This document shows, piece by piece, positions 48,084 to 58,576 of a stretch of 64,000 bases of DNA. Under the pieces are notes generated by a model. That model made no database searches, was not told the origin of the DNA, and saw nothing but the letters and a program-made list of their open reading frames with translations. Position 1 is the first letter of the stretch. Each line of letters begins with the position of its first letter. A program made the position numbers and the translations under genes. The DNA comes from an uncultured virus (IMG/VR IMGVR_UViG_3300027659_000019) (Duplodnaviria; Heunggongvirae; Uroviricota; Caudoviricetes), in IMG/VR virus record IMGVR_UViG_3300027659_000019; one strand, given 5' to 3'.

Positions 48084-48368
48084 ATGACTATTTTTTATGA
48101 CAGCAGATACGCTGAAGATGGAAGTGTTCGCTTTACTGCTTATGATGCTCGTGATGGTAAGTACAAAAAAACTGTTTTTCGTCAATGGCCTTCTTACAGT
48201 ACTCCTTTTACTTATCACACCTGGGTAGAAACAGACCGCATTGATCTTGTGGCTTTAGAATACATGGGGCGTGCGGATTTATGGTGGAATCTTATGGATA
48301 TAAATCCAGACATTCTTGACCCATTTAATATTTCAATAGGAACAAAGATTAGGATTCCTCGTGATTAG
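48084..48368 (+). CDS. LysM/gpX-like baseplate protein
   Basis: DRIDLVA..Y.G...LWW..MDINP...GTKIRIP. Confidence 0.8.
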   Translation: MTIFYDSRYAEDGSVRFTAYDARDGKYKKTVFRQWPSYSTPFTYHTWVETDRIDLVALEYMGRADLWWNLMDINPDILDPFNISIGTKIRIPRD

Positions 48369-49611
48369 ACAAACCCAAAACAGAATAACCTCATCTATTT
48401 CAGTAACGTATCCAGATTTTCCAAGTTTTAATGTTCCTGTTTACAACTTTAAACTTCATCAAGAGGTTGGAAAACACGACGTTGTGGAACTTAGGTACGC
48501 TCAAGGAAGAGACTTTTATTTTAAAGCCTTAAAAACTGGAACTCCAGTTTCAATTATATGGAACAACGATAAAACAAAAGGAAAGTTTTTTGGCTACGTT
48601 CACAGCGTTTCTATGCGTTCAAGTCAGGCTTTAGAAAACTTTGTTGTAATTACAGTTGTTGGTGCTTCTTTTCCTTTGAAAGAGGGCGGATCTAAAATAT
48701 GGGTAAATAAAACTGCATCTGAAATTGCAATTGAAATTGCAAAAAAGTTTAGACTAAAACCAGTAGTTACAAATCACCCATTACGTTTTAGTCAACAATC
48801 TTTGTCGGGCCATACTTATTGGGAAAAATTACAAGAACTTGCTTCAAAAGTAGGTTATGTTTGTCAAGTACACGGTACAGAGTTACATTTTCATCCTTTA
48901 GATATTATGATTAATAAACATATGTCTGCTATTCCAATTCTTTCTATAAACAATAACTACACTACACAGTACAATAACCCTGATTCACAAACATTAGACC
49001 TTTTTGTACCAAAAATTGGAGATCATTTTGATACAGACTCAAATTCTAGAAATTATAAAACTATAAATGGTATTGATCCTGTAACTGGAAAACAATACTC
49101 AAGTACTTCCTCTGCAACTAAAACGGGTAAACAACTACGCAACAAAACAAAAGATCCACTTTTTTCTGAAACTTTACCAACAACAAACTCTGGAAATAAA
49201 AATGCTGCCGAATTGATTGCAAAAGCCAAAGCAGAACTATCTAGATTTTCTATGGAGGCTCAAGGGAACGGGCAAGGGGACCCACGTATGGCTCCCTACA
49301 GAACTGTCCATGTCTCTGGAACTAAAGGAAACTCAGATGGTTTTTGGGTTATTAAAAAGGTAATTCATTTTGTTAGTTTTGATGGTCGTTACAGCGTTGA
49401 GTTTACTTGCATGACAGATGGTACGCATGGAAACAAAGCCAGCAGTATGAGACCAAGCAAGGCGGCGTTAATTCCAACCATGGACCTATCGGATGAAGGG
49501 ACAGGGACCACAACCAGAGCAAGTTATACTAAACTAACAGCACAAGCAGCCATGATTTCTCAAACAGACTCTGGGTTTAACGTAACTCCAAGAAGGTGGG
49601 TAAACAGATGA
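48361..49611 (+). CDS. Baseplate hub (gpD/gp27-like)
   Basis: SEIAIEIAKKF, WEKLQELA..G, GDPR, GFWVIKKVIH. Confidence 0.75.
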   Translation: MIRQTQNRITSSISVTYPDFPSFNVPVYNFKLHQEVGKHDVVELRYAQGRDFYFKALKTGTPVSIIWNNDKTKGKFFGYVHSVSMRSSQALENFVVITVVGASFPLKEGGSKIWVNKTASEIAIEIAKKFRLKPVVTNHPLRFSQQSLSGHTYWEKLQELASKVGYVCQVHGTELHFHPLDIMINKHMSAIPILSINNNYTTQYNNPDSQTLDLFVPKIGDHFDTDSNSRNYKTINGIDPVTGKQYSSTSSATKTGKQLRNKTKDPLFSETLPTTNSGNKNAAELIAKAKAELSRFSMEAQGNGQGDPRMAPYRTVHVSGTKGNSDGFWVIKKVIHFVSFDGRYSVEFTCMTDGTHGNKASSMRPSKAALIPTMDLSDEGTGTTTRASYTKLTAQAAMISQTDSGFNVTPRRWVNR

Positions 49612-50015
49612 ACACACAATCGGCAATTTCTTTACCCTTTTCACTTGACTCTTTTGGAAATATTGCCAAAGCAGAGACGCCACAAAAATTTTGGGGAGAT
49701 CGGGTTAGGTCGGTTATTGGAACCGCTCTTCGAGAGCGCGTAATGCAGCCAGACTTTGGTACTAACATTCCTTTTACTATATTTAATAACCAAGATATCG
49801 CAAGCGTAGAAATACAAAACACTATAGAACAAGCATTTCCTGAATGGCTTTCGGCGTTAGAACTGGGGGATGTTACAGTAACACCTGACGATGTTTCAGG
49901 AGAGATAAAGGTTCTAATAACCTATTCGCTTCCAGACAAAAAAGAAGTAAACACGGAAATAGGATTTTTAATCATAGATTCAACTAACCCATTTTATGAG
50001 GAGATCTCATCATGA
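49608..50015 (+). CDS. Baseplate wedge gp25/gpW-like
   Basis: ISLPF, T..RERVMQPDFGT. Confidence 0.85.
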   Translation: MNTQSAISLPFSLDSFGNIAKAETPQKFWGDRVRSVIGTALRERVMQPDFGTNIPFTIFNNQDIASVEIQNTIEQAFPEWLSALELGDVTVTPDDVSGEIKVLITYSLPDKKEVNTEIGFLIIDSTNPFYEEISS

Positions 50016-51592
50016 CATCTGCAGCATCGTCAATTCCAATTTCAGTAGACTACACAAGTAAAGATTTTTACTCAATTAGAGAAGATCTAATTGCACGTGT
50101 TAAGGCTCGCATACCCGATTGGACTGGGGACGACGCCGCTGATTTTGGCGTAGCGTTAATAGAGGCATTTGCTTATCTTGGCGATCTAATGGCGTATTAC
50201 ATTGATCGTACGGCTAACGAGGCATTTATTGGAACCGCTACTCAAAGACGTAGCGTTTTAAATCTTGCTCAAACTTTTGGTTATTCCCCAGCAGGTTACA
50301 GTCAAAGTACAACTACTTTAACTTTTTCAAACAGTTCTACAACAAATGTAACAATACCAGACGGCACTATTGTCTCTGGAGAAATAAAGATTGGTGATAC
50401 CGTTCAAACAGTAATGTTTACAACATCAGGTGATGCGTACATTTACGCTCAAGAAGATGGTATTCCAGGTACTGCCACTGTCTTAGGTTTACATGGTCGG
50501 TCAGTAGTGCATGTTGCAGACAACGCAACTAGCGACGGAGAATTAATTGGTACGTCAGCAGGAATACCTAATATGTTGTTTGAACTTGGGGAAGTACCTG
50601 TTATCAATGGAAGTATCGAAATCTATGTGCAAGAAGGAACTGAGTTTGTTAAATGGGAAGGTGTACAGCACCTCTTTGATTACGGCCCAAATGATTTAGT
50701 GTTTTCATCTTTTACTGACGAAGACGACATTGTTTACGTAAATTTTGGAGACGGAGTATCGGGTTCAATTCCTACCCTGTATTCAGAAATACGTGCAAAG
50801 TACACTATTGGTGGCGGAAATATTGGAAACGTAAAAGTAAACGTTTTAAACGAAATTGTTTACATACCAGGATTAAGTGATGCCGAAACAACAGCAATTC
50901 AATCAAGCATTACAGTAACAAACTCTGCTGTAGGTGTTGGAGGGTCTAGCCCTGAATCAACAGAGCAGATCCGTTTTAATGCGCCATTAAATCTACGGGC
51001 AAATAATAGAGCGGTTACTTTACAAGATTATGCAGATTTAGCATTAGGAGTTCCAACAAGTGGAAACGGAGTATCTAAAGCAAACGCAACTGCAGACGTT
51101 TGGACTTCCGTTACCTTGTACATCGCACCAAACGTAGATGCGGATGACCAAGACTTGGCTCCTGGGTTAGATTCAGAAGGAGAACCTACAATTGGATGGC
51201 TTAATTTAAAAGAAGACTTAGAAGACTTTTTAAATGGGTCACCTGAAACAAGTAAATTACTAATAGGTACAACTGTAACTGTTGCACCCCCAACATACGT
51301 TGATGCGATAATCAGTATTTTATTTGAAAAACAAAGACAATATACTGCTACTGAAGTTACTGCCAATATTAAAAGAAAACTTTTAGACGTTTATGGTTAT
51401 TCAGGAATGTTTTTTGAACAGACCATACCCCCACAACACATTGAAGCAACTTTGCAAACTGCTAGGGGCGTAAAAAATGTTCGTGTGGTAGACCTTCACC
51501 GCGAAGGAGGATCAGGGGTATTGACCTTAGAAGGTTTGCCAGGAGAAATATTTCGTTTTCAAGAAGCAAACGTAAACATTGGCGCTGTGTAG
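50012..51592 (+). CDS. Baseplate J-like wedge protein
   Basis: DYTSKDF, D.GVALIE, YYIDR.ANE.F, FGDGVSG, GG...ES, RAVTLQDY. Confidence 0.9.
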   Translation: MTSAASSIPISVDYTSKDFYSIREDLIARVKARIPDWTGDDAADFGVALIEAFAYLGDLMAYYIDRTANEAFIGTATQRRSVLNLAQTFGYSPAGYSQSTTTLTFSNSSTTNVTIPDGTIVSGEIKIGDTVQTVMFTTSGDAYIYAQEDGIPGTATVLGLHGRSVVHVADNATSDGELIGTSAGIPNMLFELGEVPVINGSIEIYVQEGTEFVKWEGVQHLFDYGPNDLVFSSFTDEDDIVYVNFGDGVSGSIPTLYSEIRAKYTIGGGNIGNVKVNVLNEIVYIPGLSDAETTAIQSSITVTNSAVGVGGSSPESTEQIRFNAPLNLRANNRAVTLQDYADLALGVPTSGNGVSKANATADVWTSVTLYIAPNVDADDQDLAPGLDSEGEPTIGWLNLKEDLEDFLNGSPETSKLLIGTTVTVAPPTYVDAIISILFEKQRQYTATEVTANIKRKLLDVYGYSGMFFEQTIPPQHIEATLQTARGVKNVRVVDLHREGGSGVLTLEGLPGEIFRFQEANVNIGAV

Positions 51593-52068
51593 TGGATGAC
51601 TCTAAAAAGTTTACTGGAATATACAGAGCCACTGTTAGGGACAATAAAGACCCTGAAAACCTTCGTAGGTTAAGGCTTCAAGTACAAACTACTGGAAACG
51701 AAGTTACAGGGTGGGTTTGGCCTTCCGAACCTTCCAGTATCCACACAGAGCCCCCCGTAATTGGTCAAGGTGTTTGGGTTATCTATATTGGTGGGGATCC
51801 TGACTACCCTATGTGGCTTGGGGTTTTTGGAAAAAATCAAGGGGATAACAAACAGATTTATGTAAAACCATTACAAAACTCAATAGTTATTACTGCTCTA
51901 ACTCCGTATTTAAAAATAAATGCAATGCCTGATGGAACTATGGAAGTTGACCTGACTGACACTCTCCTATTAATGGCAAACAAACTTAAAAATCACGAAG
52001 AGCGCATCACATCTTTAGAGTCACAAATGCCTGGAAAAGCAGCAATTGGACATACCCACGGGGTTTAG
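51592..52068 (+). CDS. Baseplate spike (gpV/gp5 OB-fold)
   Basis: GIYRATV.DNKDP....RL.LQV, P.IGQGVWV...GGDPDYP.W; C-terminal HTH metal-binding tip. Confidence 0.85.
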   Translation: MDDSKKFTGIYRATVRDNKDPENLRRLRLQVQTTGNEVTGWVWPSEPSSIHTEPPVIGQGVWVIYIGGDPDYPMWLGVFGKNQGDNKQIYVKPLQNSIVITALTPYLKINAMPDGTMEVDLTDTLLLMANKLKNHEERITSLESQMPGKAAIGHTHGV

Positions 52069-52128
52069 CAAGTAATTAAAGCGTAAACCAACGAAAATAG
52101 AGCATTACGGTTTGAAAGGAAGTCACAC

Positions 52129-52881
52129 ATGGGTTATCCAGGCACCCCACCAGCAAATTTGTTAATTGATAAAATTGACTTTACTGACACAGTTGTGGCA
52201 GAGCACATCAACACTCTTCAAACTGAAGTTCTTGCACTTGAAGTAAACTTGGGAACCTATATCAGTACAAGCAGTGACTGGAACGGTGAGTTTGATCAAA
52301 CAGTGACCGTTTGGAACTCGTTAAAAGACCGTTTAGAAAACATTGAATTTGGTTTAGGCGAAGTTTATGCTAACTACGTCCAGGCTGATGGCGGAAGCAC
52401 GATCCAAAGTACCGCCACTACCTCTACTAGCCTAATAGTTAAGGCAGTTAGTAGCCAAACAGCCTCACTCGTTGAGTTTCAAACATCTGCTGGAACAGTG
52501 GTTTCTAAAGTGGACGCTGCTGGAAACTTGTACACAAGTGGTAAGCAAGTAGTACCCGTAGTCTACGCGTCTACTCAGCCATCTTCTGTTCCCGCTGGAA
52601 CAATTTGGGTTAACTCTACCTCTACCCCTGGAGTTATTGCTGAGGCTGCTACTGTCCCTGCAGGCGGTACAACTGGTCAAGTTTTAGCAAAAAGTTCTGG
52701 AACCAACTATGCAACAACTTGGTCTTCTGATATTCCAGGCAATGCTGCCACTGCTACAAAATTAGCCACTGCAAGAACTATTAACGGAACATCTTTTGAT
52801 GGCTCTGCAAATGTTTCTATCTCAGTACCTGTTGACTCAGTAACTGACCTTCTTAGTCCCTTTCTTTTAGGAGGAATGTAA
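52129..52881 (+). CDS. Tail fibre protein
   Basis: PAGGTTGQVLAK; GNAATATKLATARTINGTSFDGSAN. Confidence 0.8.
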   Translation: MGYPGTPPANLLIDKIDFTDTVVAEHINTLQTEVLALEVNLGTYISTSSDWNGEFDQTVTVWNSLKDRLENIEFGLGEVYANYVQADGGSTIQSTATTSTSLIVKAVSSQTASLVEFQTSAGTVVSKVDAAGNLYTSGKQVVPVVYASTQPSSVPAGTIWVNSTSTPGVIAEAATVPAGGTTGQVLAKSSGTNYATTWSSDIPGNAATATKLATARTINGTSFDGSANVSISVPVDSVTDLLSPFLLGGM

Positions 52882-53270
52882 TGGCTTATAAATCAGCGCA
52901 AGTTTATACAGGATCAGAATGGGTTGATTTAGCAGTTTCTGTTGCAGGATCTAGTCAACGAGGTATTCAAACAGTCTCAGGAACGTCGTACACCTTGGCA
53001 GAAGCAGACGCTGGAAAAGAAGTTGTTTTTACAAGCGGATCTGCTGTAACGGTAACAGTACCTGCAGAAACTACTTACAACTTTACAATTGGTCAAACCT
53101 TTGTTCTTTTTCAAAAAGGATCAGGCGCAGTATCAGTTACTGCTGCTGTTGGAGTAACCTTGAGGTCTAGATCAAGTTACGTAAAGATCTCAGGACAATA
53201 CGCTGAAGTTTCACTCATTAAAATCGCTGCTAATGAATGGGCACTTACAGGCGATCTTGCTGCATCATAA
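52881..53270 (+). CDS. Fibre-associated structural protein
   Basis: Paralog of 35904..36269 (YTL...D.GK...F.IG...Q.G.G...W.L.GDL). Confidence 0.75.
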   Translation: MAYKSAQVYTGSEWVDLAVSVAGSSQRGIQTVSGTSYTLAEADAGKEVVFTSGSAVTVTVPAETTYNFTIGQTFVLFQKGSGAVSVTAAVGVTLRSRSSYVKISGQYAEVSLIKIAANEWALTGDLAAS

Positions 53271-53283
53271 GGAGTAGTAACAA

Positions 53284-55278
53284 ATGGCTAAATACGGCAA
53301 TTTTATCTATAGTACAAACACGTACGGTGATGCACCAAAACTTTCTTACTCTGTTGAACCAATGCGTTCAACTGTTGTCTCGTTTACAGAAGTTGCGGTA
53401 ACTTGGCAAGATCCTGCTGGAGAATTTACTAGGATTAGATTAACCAGAAATCAAAATGGTTTTTCTGAAAATTCTGAAGACGGGGTTATTGTATGGGAAA
53501 AGTATGCAACAGAAGGAACAGTTTTTAAACAAGAGTTTGATGATGGGTTTGAAAACCCTGATTCAATTCCTTTAATGTCAGGTAAACAGGTTTACTACAC
53601 TATGTGGTTGTTTACTGATCAAAATATTTGGGTAAAAGCAGGTGAAGTTAATGATCTAATTCCAAGTAACCATGAGACTCAAAAAAAGTTGTTAGATATA
53701 CTTCCTAGAGTTTATACAAGCGACGAGCAAAGCCCACTTGGAACTGTAAACACAGACTCTGATTTAGCATTATTTTTAGATGGGTTTTCTTTTACGCACG
53801 AACAATTGTTAACCTATGCAGACGCAATGTTGCCGCAACGGTCACAAGATGAAATTCCTTTTTCACTGCTACGAAATCAAACACGTGCGTTAGGTTTACC
53901 TTCAGAATCAGGAATACCAATTAAAAATCAAAAAGTACTTGTTAGAGAAGCATTGTTTTTGTACAAAAATAAAGGAATCCCAATTGGATTGTCCACGTAC
54001 GTAGAGTCACTAACAAGTTATGCACCAGTTATCACTGTGTCCACAAATCTTATGCTTACTTTTCAAGACTCTACTTTTTACAGAGGAGTAGGAAACTGGG
54101 TATCTTCAACCGCAACTTTATCTTCTTCAATAGAGCAGGTTCCTGAACCACATGTGAACGCTGTAGATACTACGCATGCTTGTAAAATTGTAGGTAGTTC
54201 TGGTGCTGGCAAAATGGTAAATGGAACTACAAACCCGATTCGCAGAGGAGTTCCAGTAAAAGAAGACACAGATTACGTTGTCTCCTTACAGAAAAAATCT
54301 CCTGGAAGTGATGGCACTATTGGAATTGTGATTAAATGGTTTAATATAAAAGGCGTATTAATTTCAACCAGTACTTCAACTCCAGCAACTGCGGGATCTG
54401 TTTGGAGTAGAAGTGACTTTGCTGTTACTTCTCCGTTATTGTCGGCTTATGCTTCCCTAGAGATTAGTTACTCTGCATCAGGCACCTACTACATTGACCA
54501 AATATGTTTTCAACCAGGAACAGTTGCTGCGTTTGATGAGGCACGAGCAGTCGACGTATTTCTTACCCCTAATAAAACTAATTTTGTTTTAAATCCTTCA
54601 TTTGAAGAGGATGCAACTAACTGGACTTTAACTGATGGAACATTGACAAGAGATCCAAATATCCCAGACGATGCCCATACTGGCGCATACTCTGCAAAAA
54701 TCTCAGGTACAGATTGGGTTTTAGAAGCAAACCCTTTGACAATTGAAGATGGGTTAGTTCCAGGAAAGTATTACACCTTGTCTGCGTACGTAAACTCTGA
54801 CGTTGACGTTACAGTCACAATAACGTCTGGGACATCAGTCACTTACTCGACGTTTCCCTCAACTGAGGGTGAGTGGCAACGTTGTTACGTCAGCAAAGTA
54901 CTTCCTAACGACTTGACAGACATAACAGTAACCCCATCATTTTCTATTCAAGGAACTTCTACTAGTGTGTTTATTGACTGTGTTCAATTTGAAAAAGGAG
55001 GGGTTGCTGTGTATGGCCCCTCAGTAAACCCTGCTACAGACCTTGAAGAATTTGGCGTTATTGGGTTAAAAGGCACAGAGTATTTTGACGGAGATCTTCC
55101 TGTAGACATCGGGGCTTTTTGGGAAGGAACACCAAGCGCATCGTTTACCCACATGTACTACAACAAGCCAACCAAAATTGCACGATTGGCAGACACCCTA
55201 ATTTCTTGGCTTCCAATGAACTCTGTGTGGAGAATTAGAAGCCTAGAAGAAGTTGAGTACACAAGCAACCAGGTGTAG
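53284..55278 (+). CDS. Baseplate/tail protein (gpI-like) with carbohydrate-binding-like domains
   Basis: LPRVY...FLDGF...LYKNKG; NFVLNPSFE, YTLSAYV. Confidence 0.7.
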   Translation: MAKYGNFIYSTNTYGDAPKLSYSVEPMRSTVVSFTEVAVTWQDPAGEFTRIRLTRNQNGFSENSEDGVIVWEKYATEGTVFKQEFDDGFENPDSIPLMSGKQVYYTMWLFTDQNIWVKAGEVNDLIPSNHETQKKLLDILPRVYTSDEQSPLGTVNTDSDLALFLDGFSFTHEQLLTYADAMLPQRSQDEIPFSLLRNQTRALGLPSESGIPIKNQKVLVREALFLYKNKGIPIGLSTYVESLTSYAPVITVSTNLMLTFQDSTFYRGVGNWVSSTATLSSSIEQVPEPHVNAVDTTHACKIVGSSGAGKMVNGTTNPIRRGVPVKEDTDYVVSLQKKSPGSDGTIGIVIKWFNIKGVLISTSTSTPATAGSVWSRSDFAVTSPLLSAYASLEISYSASGTYYIDQICFQPGTVAAFDEARAVDVFLTPNKTNFVLNPSFEEDATNWTLTDGTLTRDPNIPDDAHTGAYSAKISGTDWVLEANPLTIEDGLVPGKYYTLSAYVNSDVDVTVTITSGTSVTYSTFPSTEGEWQRCYVSKVLPNDLTDITVTPSFSIQGTSTSVFIDCVQFEKGGVAVYGPSVNPATDLEEFGVIGLKGTEYFDGDLPVDIGAFWEGTPSASFTHMYYNKPTKIARLADTLISWLPMNSVWRIRSLEEVEYTSNQV

Positions 55279-55288
55279 TATCTGGGTC

Positions 55289-55561
55289 ATGACTGACCTA
55301 CTTATATCGATAATCATTGCAGGAGCCGCTGTTGGATATTTGGTTGAGTTTATAAACTTAATCACAATAGATTTTTTTGGAATCTCTGTTTTAAACAAAT
55401 TCCTCACATTACCGTTAAATACTGGTGCCCTATATTTGTTGGGTGTAGACGACATTAAATTATTAGTCGTTGTACCTGCTGCCACATTAGTTTCAATACT
55501 TATCAGTAAGTACTTGAATAAGCCTACCGTTACAAGAGTCCCTCGTTTAGGGGGCTTGTAA
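55289..55561 (+). CDS. Membrane protein (holin-like)
   Basis: Hydrophobic throughout; TAGTAT 7 nt upstream of ATG 55289. Confidence 0.65.
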   Translation: MTDLLISIIIAGAAVGYLVEFINLITIDFFGISVLNKFLTLPLNTGALYLLGVDDIKLLVVVPAATLVSILISKYLNKPTVTRVPRLGGL

Positions 55562-56145
55562 TGAAGAAGATTATTCTTGTAAGTTTTAACGCGGAAGTTG
55601 ATGTAACAAAAGCCATAAAAGAGTTACAAGTTAAGTACCCAGGATCAGAATTTTTAATACCAATCCTTGAGTATGGGATGTTTGCAAAGTCAGCGATGCA
55701 CGCAGTTTTGGGCACTGGAAATTATCAACTCTTTTTCTCAGAAGAGGCTGGATATGACGAGTATGCCAGCGACCACGACGACGTAACTTTTTGCACAAAC
55801 CCAATAAAGGAAGTAATAAGGAAAGTAAATGTTGGGGACGTATTAGGAGTTGTTTGGGATGACAGCGACGAAATTCACACAGTCCTGCACTCACTTGAAG
55901 ACTACGGGTTAGACACGTGGGACATTAGTGACGGACTTGATCTGATTGAGATTGACTATGAAGACGATGATTTTAGGACAGAAGACCTTCACGTGGTAAT
56001 GGTCAACAGTCTGGCGCTATTTGCTGAGAGCATCACTGCCTATGTAACCTCTGCGGTTATGGACATCTTGACTGAGACTATACGTGAACGCTTAGAGGAG
56101 GACAGGGACTCAAAAGACATCTCACCTTTTGACGACAGCCCATGA
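55561..56145 (+). CDS. Acidic hypothetical protein
   Basis: ORF track. Confidence 0.7.
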   Translation: MKKIILVSFNAEVDVTKAIKELQVKYPGSEFLIPILEYGMFAKSAMHAVLGTGNYQLFFSEEAGYDEYASDHDDVTFCTNPIKEVIRKVNVGDVLGVVWDDSDEIHTVLHSLEDYGLDTWDISDGLDLIEIDYEDDDFRTEDLHVVMVNSLALFAESITAYVTSAVMDILTETIRERLEEDRDSKDISPFDDSP

Positions 56146-57113
56146 TGCCTCCAGAGGCGTATTCTTCCAATTTAACCGATTTTCAGTTCCGACTCTTGGC
56201 CACCATATGCCATTTAGCGGGCTCTGAAGGCCGTTTAGAGACCACAAATACCTTGTTGGGTACTCAGACTGGCAACGTGACCGAGAAGACGGTCCGTAGA
56301 GGCCTCCTAGCCTTGGAAGAGGCTGGGTTTATTAAGAGATCTAAGACCAAAAGAGCCAATGGATACCATGGCAAAGATGTGCTGGACATTACAAGCCCAA
56401 GTGGGCCTGCAGAAGCCCAAGAGATTGGGGCCTCAAATGTCCACACCTCACGTGACTATAAGTTACGTAGCCATATAGCCAATAAGCCATTAGTACCTAA
56501 TAGCCAAGATAGTAATCAATTAAAAGATATTAGAAACGTAACCGTTTCAATGAAAGAGATAAAGGTTCCTATGAGAAGATACGAGGATGACAGTGACAAT
56601 CTTGCAGGTTTCGGACTTGTTGAGGAAAGGGATGCTCCGCAGACTAGGGTTCGTAAAAACGACCCCAAGACCCGTGGAAAGCGACCAGAGCACGAGTGGA
56701 CTCCAATGGACGTCGCTGCTGAATTCTCATATCGAGTTGGTAAACGCTACCCGCTCCTGCCAGGAACCGTTAACGTGCGACAGTTGTCGGGGGCACTCAG
56801 CAAGTTCCGCAAGCAATACCAAACCACAGCCTTAATCGAACTTGAGTTGCTTCGCTTGTTTTTGGCGGATGAAAGAAATTTTGAGCAGATCGGTGATGAG
56901 GCTCCTTTCCTTTACAAAAAGTATTTAGCCTCATTTGGCAAGAAGATGAATCAGGCTCGTGAAAATCTTGGTTTGACAAAGGTAAACGCACCAGTAGACA
57001 CTTCGGTCAAGACAGGCACTCTCACAGCCAGCGACGGTCGTGTGTTCCAGAATTCGCTCTCTGGTCGTGCACAATTAGAGCGTTATGAAAAACGAATAGG
57101 AGCAACTCAATGA
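56142..57113 (+). CDS. Winged-HTH protein, putative replication initiator
   Basis: TEKTVRRGLLALEEAGFIKR; upstream of DnaC-like and DnaB genes. Confidence 0.65.
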   Translation: MMPPEAYSSNLTDFQFRLLATICHLAGSEGRLETTNTLLGTQTGNVTEKTVRRGLLALEEAGFIKRSKTKRANGYHGKDVLDITSPSGPAEAQEIGASNVHTSRDYKLRSHIANKPLVPNSQDSNQLKDIRNVTVSMKEIKVPMRRYEDDSDNLAGFGLVEERDAPQTRVRKNDPKTRGKRPEHEWTPMDVAAEFSYRVGKRYPLLPGTVNVRQLSGALSKFRKQYQTTALIELELLRLFLADERNFEQIGDEAPFLYKKYLASFGKKMNQARENLGLTKVNAPVDTSVKTGTLTASDGRVFQNSLSGRAQLERYEKRIGATQ

Positions 57114-57253
57114 TTTTAGATACAGGAATACTCCTTGCAATTATGATCGCACTTGCTGGTTCAGGTACTCTGATCTTGATATTTATGCGCGATAACATGG
57201 AACTACGTAATACTATAAAACACCTACAGGAGAAAGAGAAGAACAATGGCTAA
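57110..57253 (+). CDS. Small membrane protein, 47 aa
   Basis: MILDTGILLAIMIALAGSGTLILIFMRDNMELRNTIKHLQEKEKNNG*; AGGAG RBS. Confidence 0.6.
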   Translation: MILDTGILLAIMIALAGSGTLILIFMRDNMELRNTIKHLQEKEKNNG

Positions 57254-57530
57254 GAAGTACACATTTAAAGTTGAAGCATCAATTTCAGTAGACCCTTCAG
57301 AAAAAGCATCAGCGTGGTTAACAAAGTTCTCAATTATCGGTGACGATAGTGTCACTGTAGTTCGTGAGAGCATTTCAGCATGGAAGAACGCCAGTGCTGC
57401 CAAGCGTTGGATTAAAGCACAGGTATTGGCACACACCCCACGTAAGTCAGTAAAGATGGTTGCTGGAGAAACTCTTGACGTTAAGGGTAAGCCAGTTTCT
57501 TTTACAGGGGAACTTTTTTACAAAGCATAG
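57246..57530 (+). CDS. Hypothetical protein
   Basis: ORF track. Confidence 0.7.
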   Translation: MAKKYTFKVEASISVDPSEKASAWLTKFSIIGDDSVTVVRESISAWKNASAAKRWIKAQVLAHTPRKSVKMVAGETLDVKGKPVSFTGELFYKA

Positions 57531-57548
57531 AACACAATTGGGGGAAAC

Positions 57549-58271
57549 ATGTACGACATAAATGGGTTGTCGTCGTTAAAACGGCATTGGTTAACACGTA
57601 CTTCGAATATTCCGCGTAGGTTCTTTGGTTTAGAGCCACAGGACATAATTGATCGTGCAGGTTATTTTCCAGAAGAAGTATCGACTTGGATTGATGATGC
57701 TTCTAAAGGTCACGTTATAAAGCAAATTGGTAACATTGGCATTAACGGTGTTGGGCTTCTCTTTGACGGGGGGCCAGGCATCGGAAAAACAACGCACGCC
57801 GTTGTTGCTGCTATGGAGTTTCTACGTCAGTTACCTGATTACGACGCAGAGGCATGCAAGGTCTTGGGAACTAATCCTAAAGATTACGGTTTAAATTTTA
57901 AGCCAATTTACTACATGACATATCCCGAATTCTTGTCTCGTAAGAAGGCTACTTTTGATGCTGTTCCCGAAGACAAGCGAGAGGCTATGTACGAACTAGA
58001 CGGTTTTCATGGTCGTTCTAAGTTTGACTGGCTTAACGTACGTGTCCTTGTTATCGATGATCTTGGTAAAGAGTACGGATCTGAGTACAACGACTCTTCT
58101 TTTGATGAGATTTTGCGTTTAAGATACGACAAGGCTTTGCCCACAATTGTTACTACAAATGTTAGACTTGAGAATTGGGAAGCAGTGTACAAAGAAGCAA
58201 TGGCATCTTTTGCTAACGAAGCCTTTGTGCGGGTTCCTATAGTCGGGTCGGATCTGCGAGCAGCGCAATGA
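57549..58271 (+). CDS. DnaC/IstB-like AAA+ ATPase (helicase loader)
   Basis: GGPGIGKT, VLVIDDLGKE, LR.RY...PTIVTTN. Confidence 0.88.
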   Translation: MYDINGLSSLKRHWLTRTSNIPRRFFGLEPQDIIDRAGYFPEEVSTWIDDASKGHVIKQIGNIGINGVGLLFDGGPGIGKTTHAVVAAMEFLRQLPDYDAEACKVLGTNPKDYGLNFKPIYYMTYPEFLSRKKATFDAVPEDKREAMYELDGFHGRSKFDWLNVRVLVIDDLGKEYGSEYNDSSFDEILRLRYDKALPTIVTTNVRLENWEAVYKEAMASFANEAFVRVPIVGSDLRAAQ

Positions 58272-58576
58272 AAAGGAAGAATATGGAAAGTCCATGGAGA
58301 ACTGTTCAACTGTTTCTTTCTTCTCAAGGTGCTGGAATTTTTGAAGTTGAAGTTGATACTGACACAAAAAGTACTCGATGCAGTTGCCCTGTTTGGAAGA
58401 AGTTGTTTTCTTGTAAACACACTATTTTTGTCAATACAAAGATGAAGTTAAACCAAGGGCATTACTCCATATCAGTCCCTAATGAGGTACCTGAGAGCGT
58501 CGCTGTTGAAGCAAACGAGGATCCTAAGAAGTTTAGAGACTTCGTGGTAAGGTACGCTAAAGTTGAAGTGCTATGA
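58268..58576 (+). CDS. SWIM zinc-finger protein
   Basis: RCSCP...CKH. Confidence 0.75.
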   Translation: MKRKNMESPWRTVQLFLSSQGAGIFEVEVDTDTKSTRCSCPVWKKLFSCKHTIFVNTKMKLNQGHYSISVPNEVPESVAVEANEDPKKFRDFVVRYAKVEVL

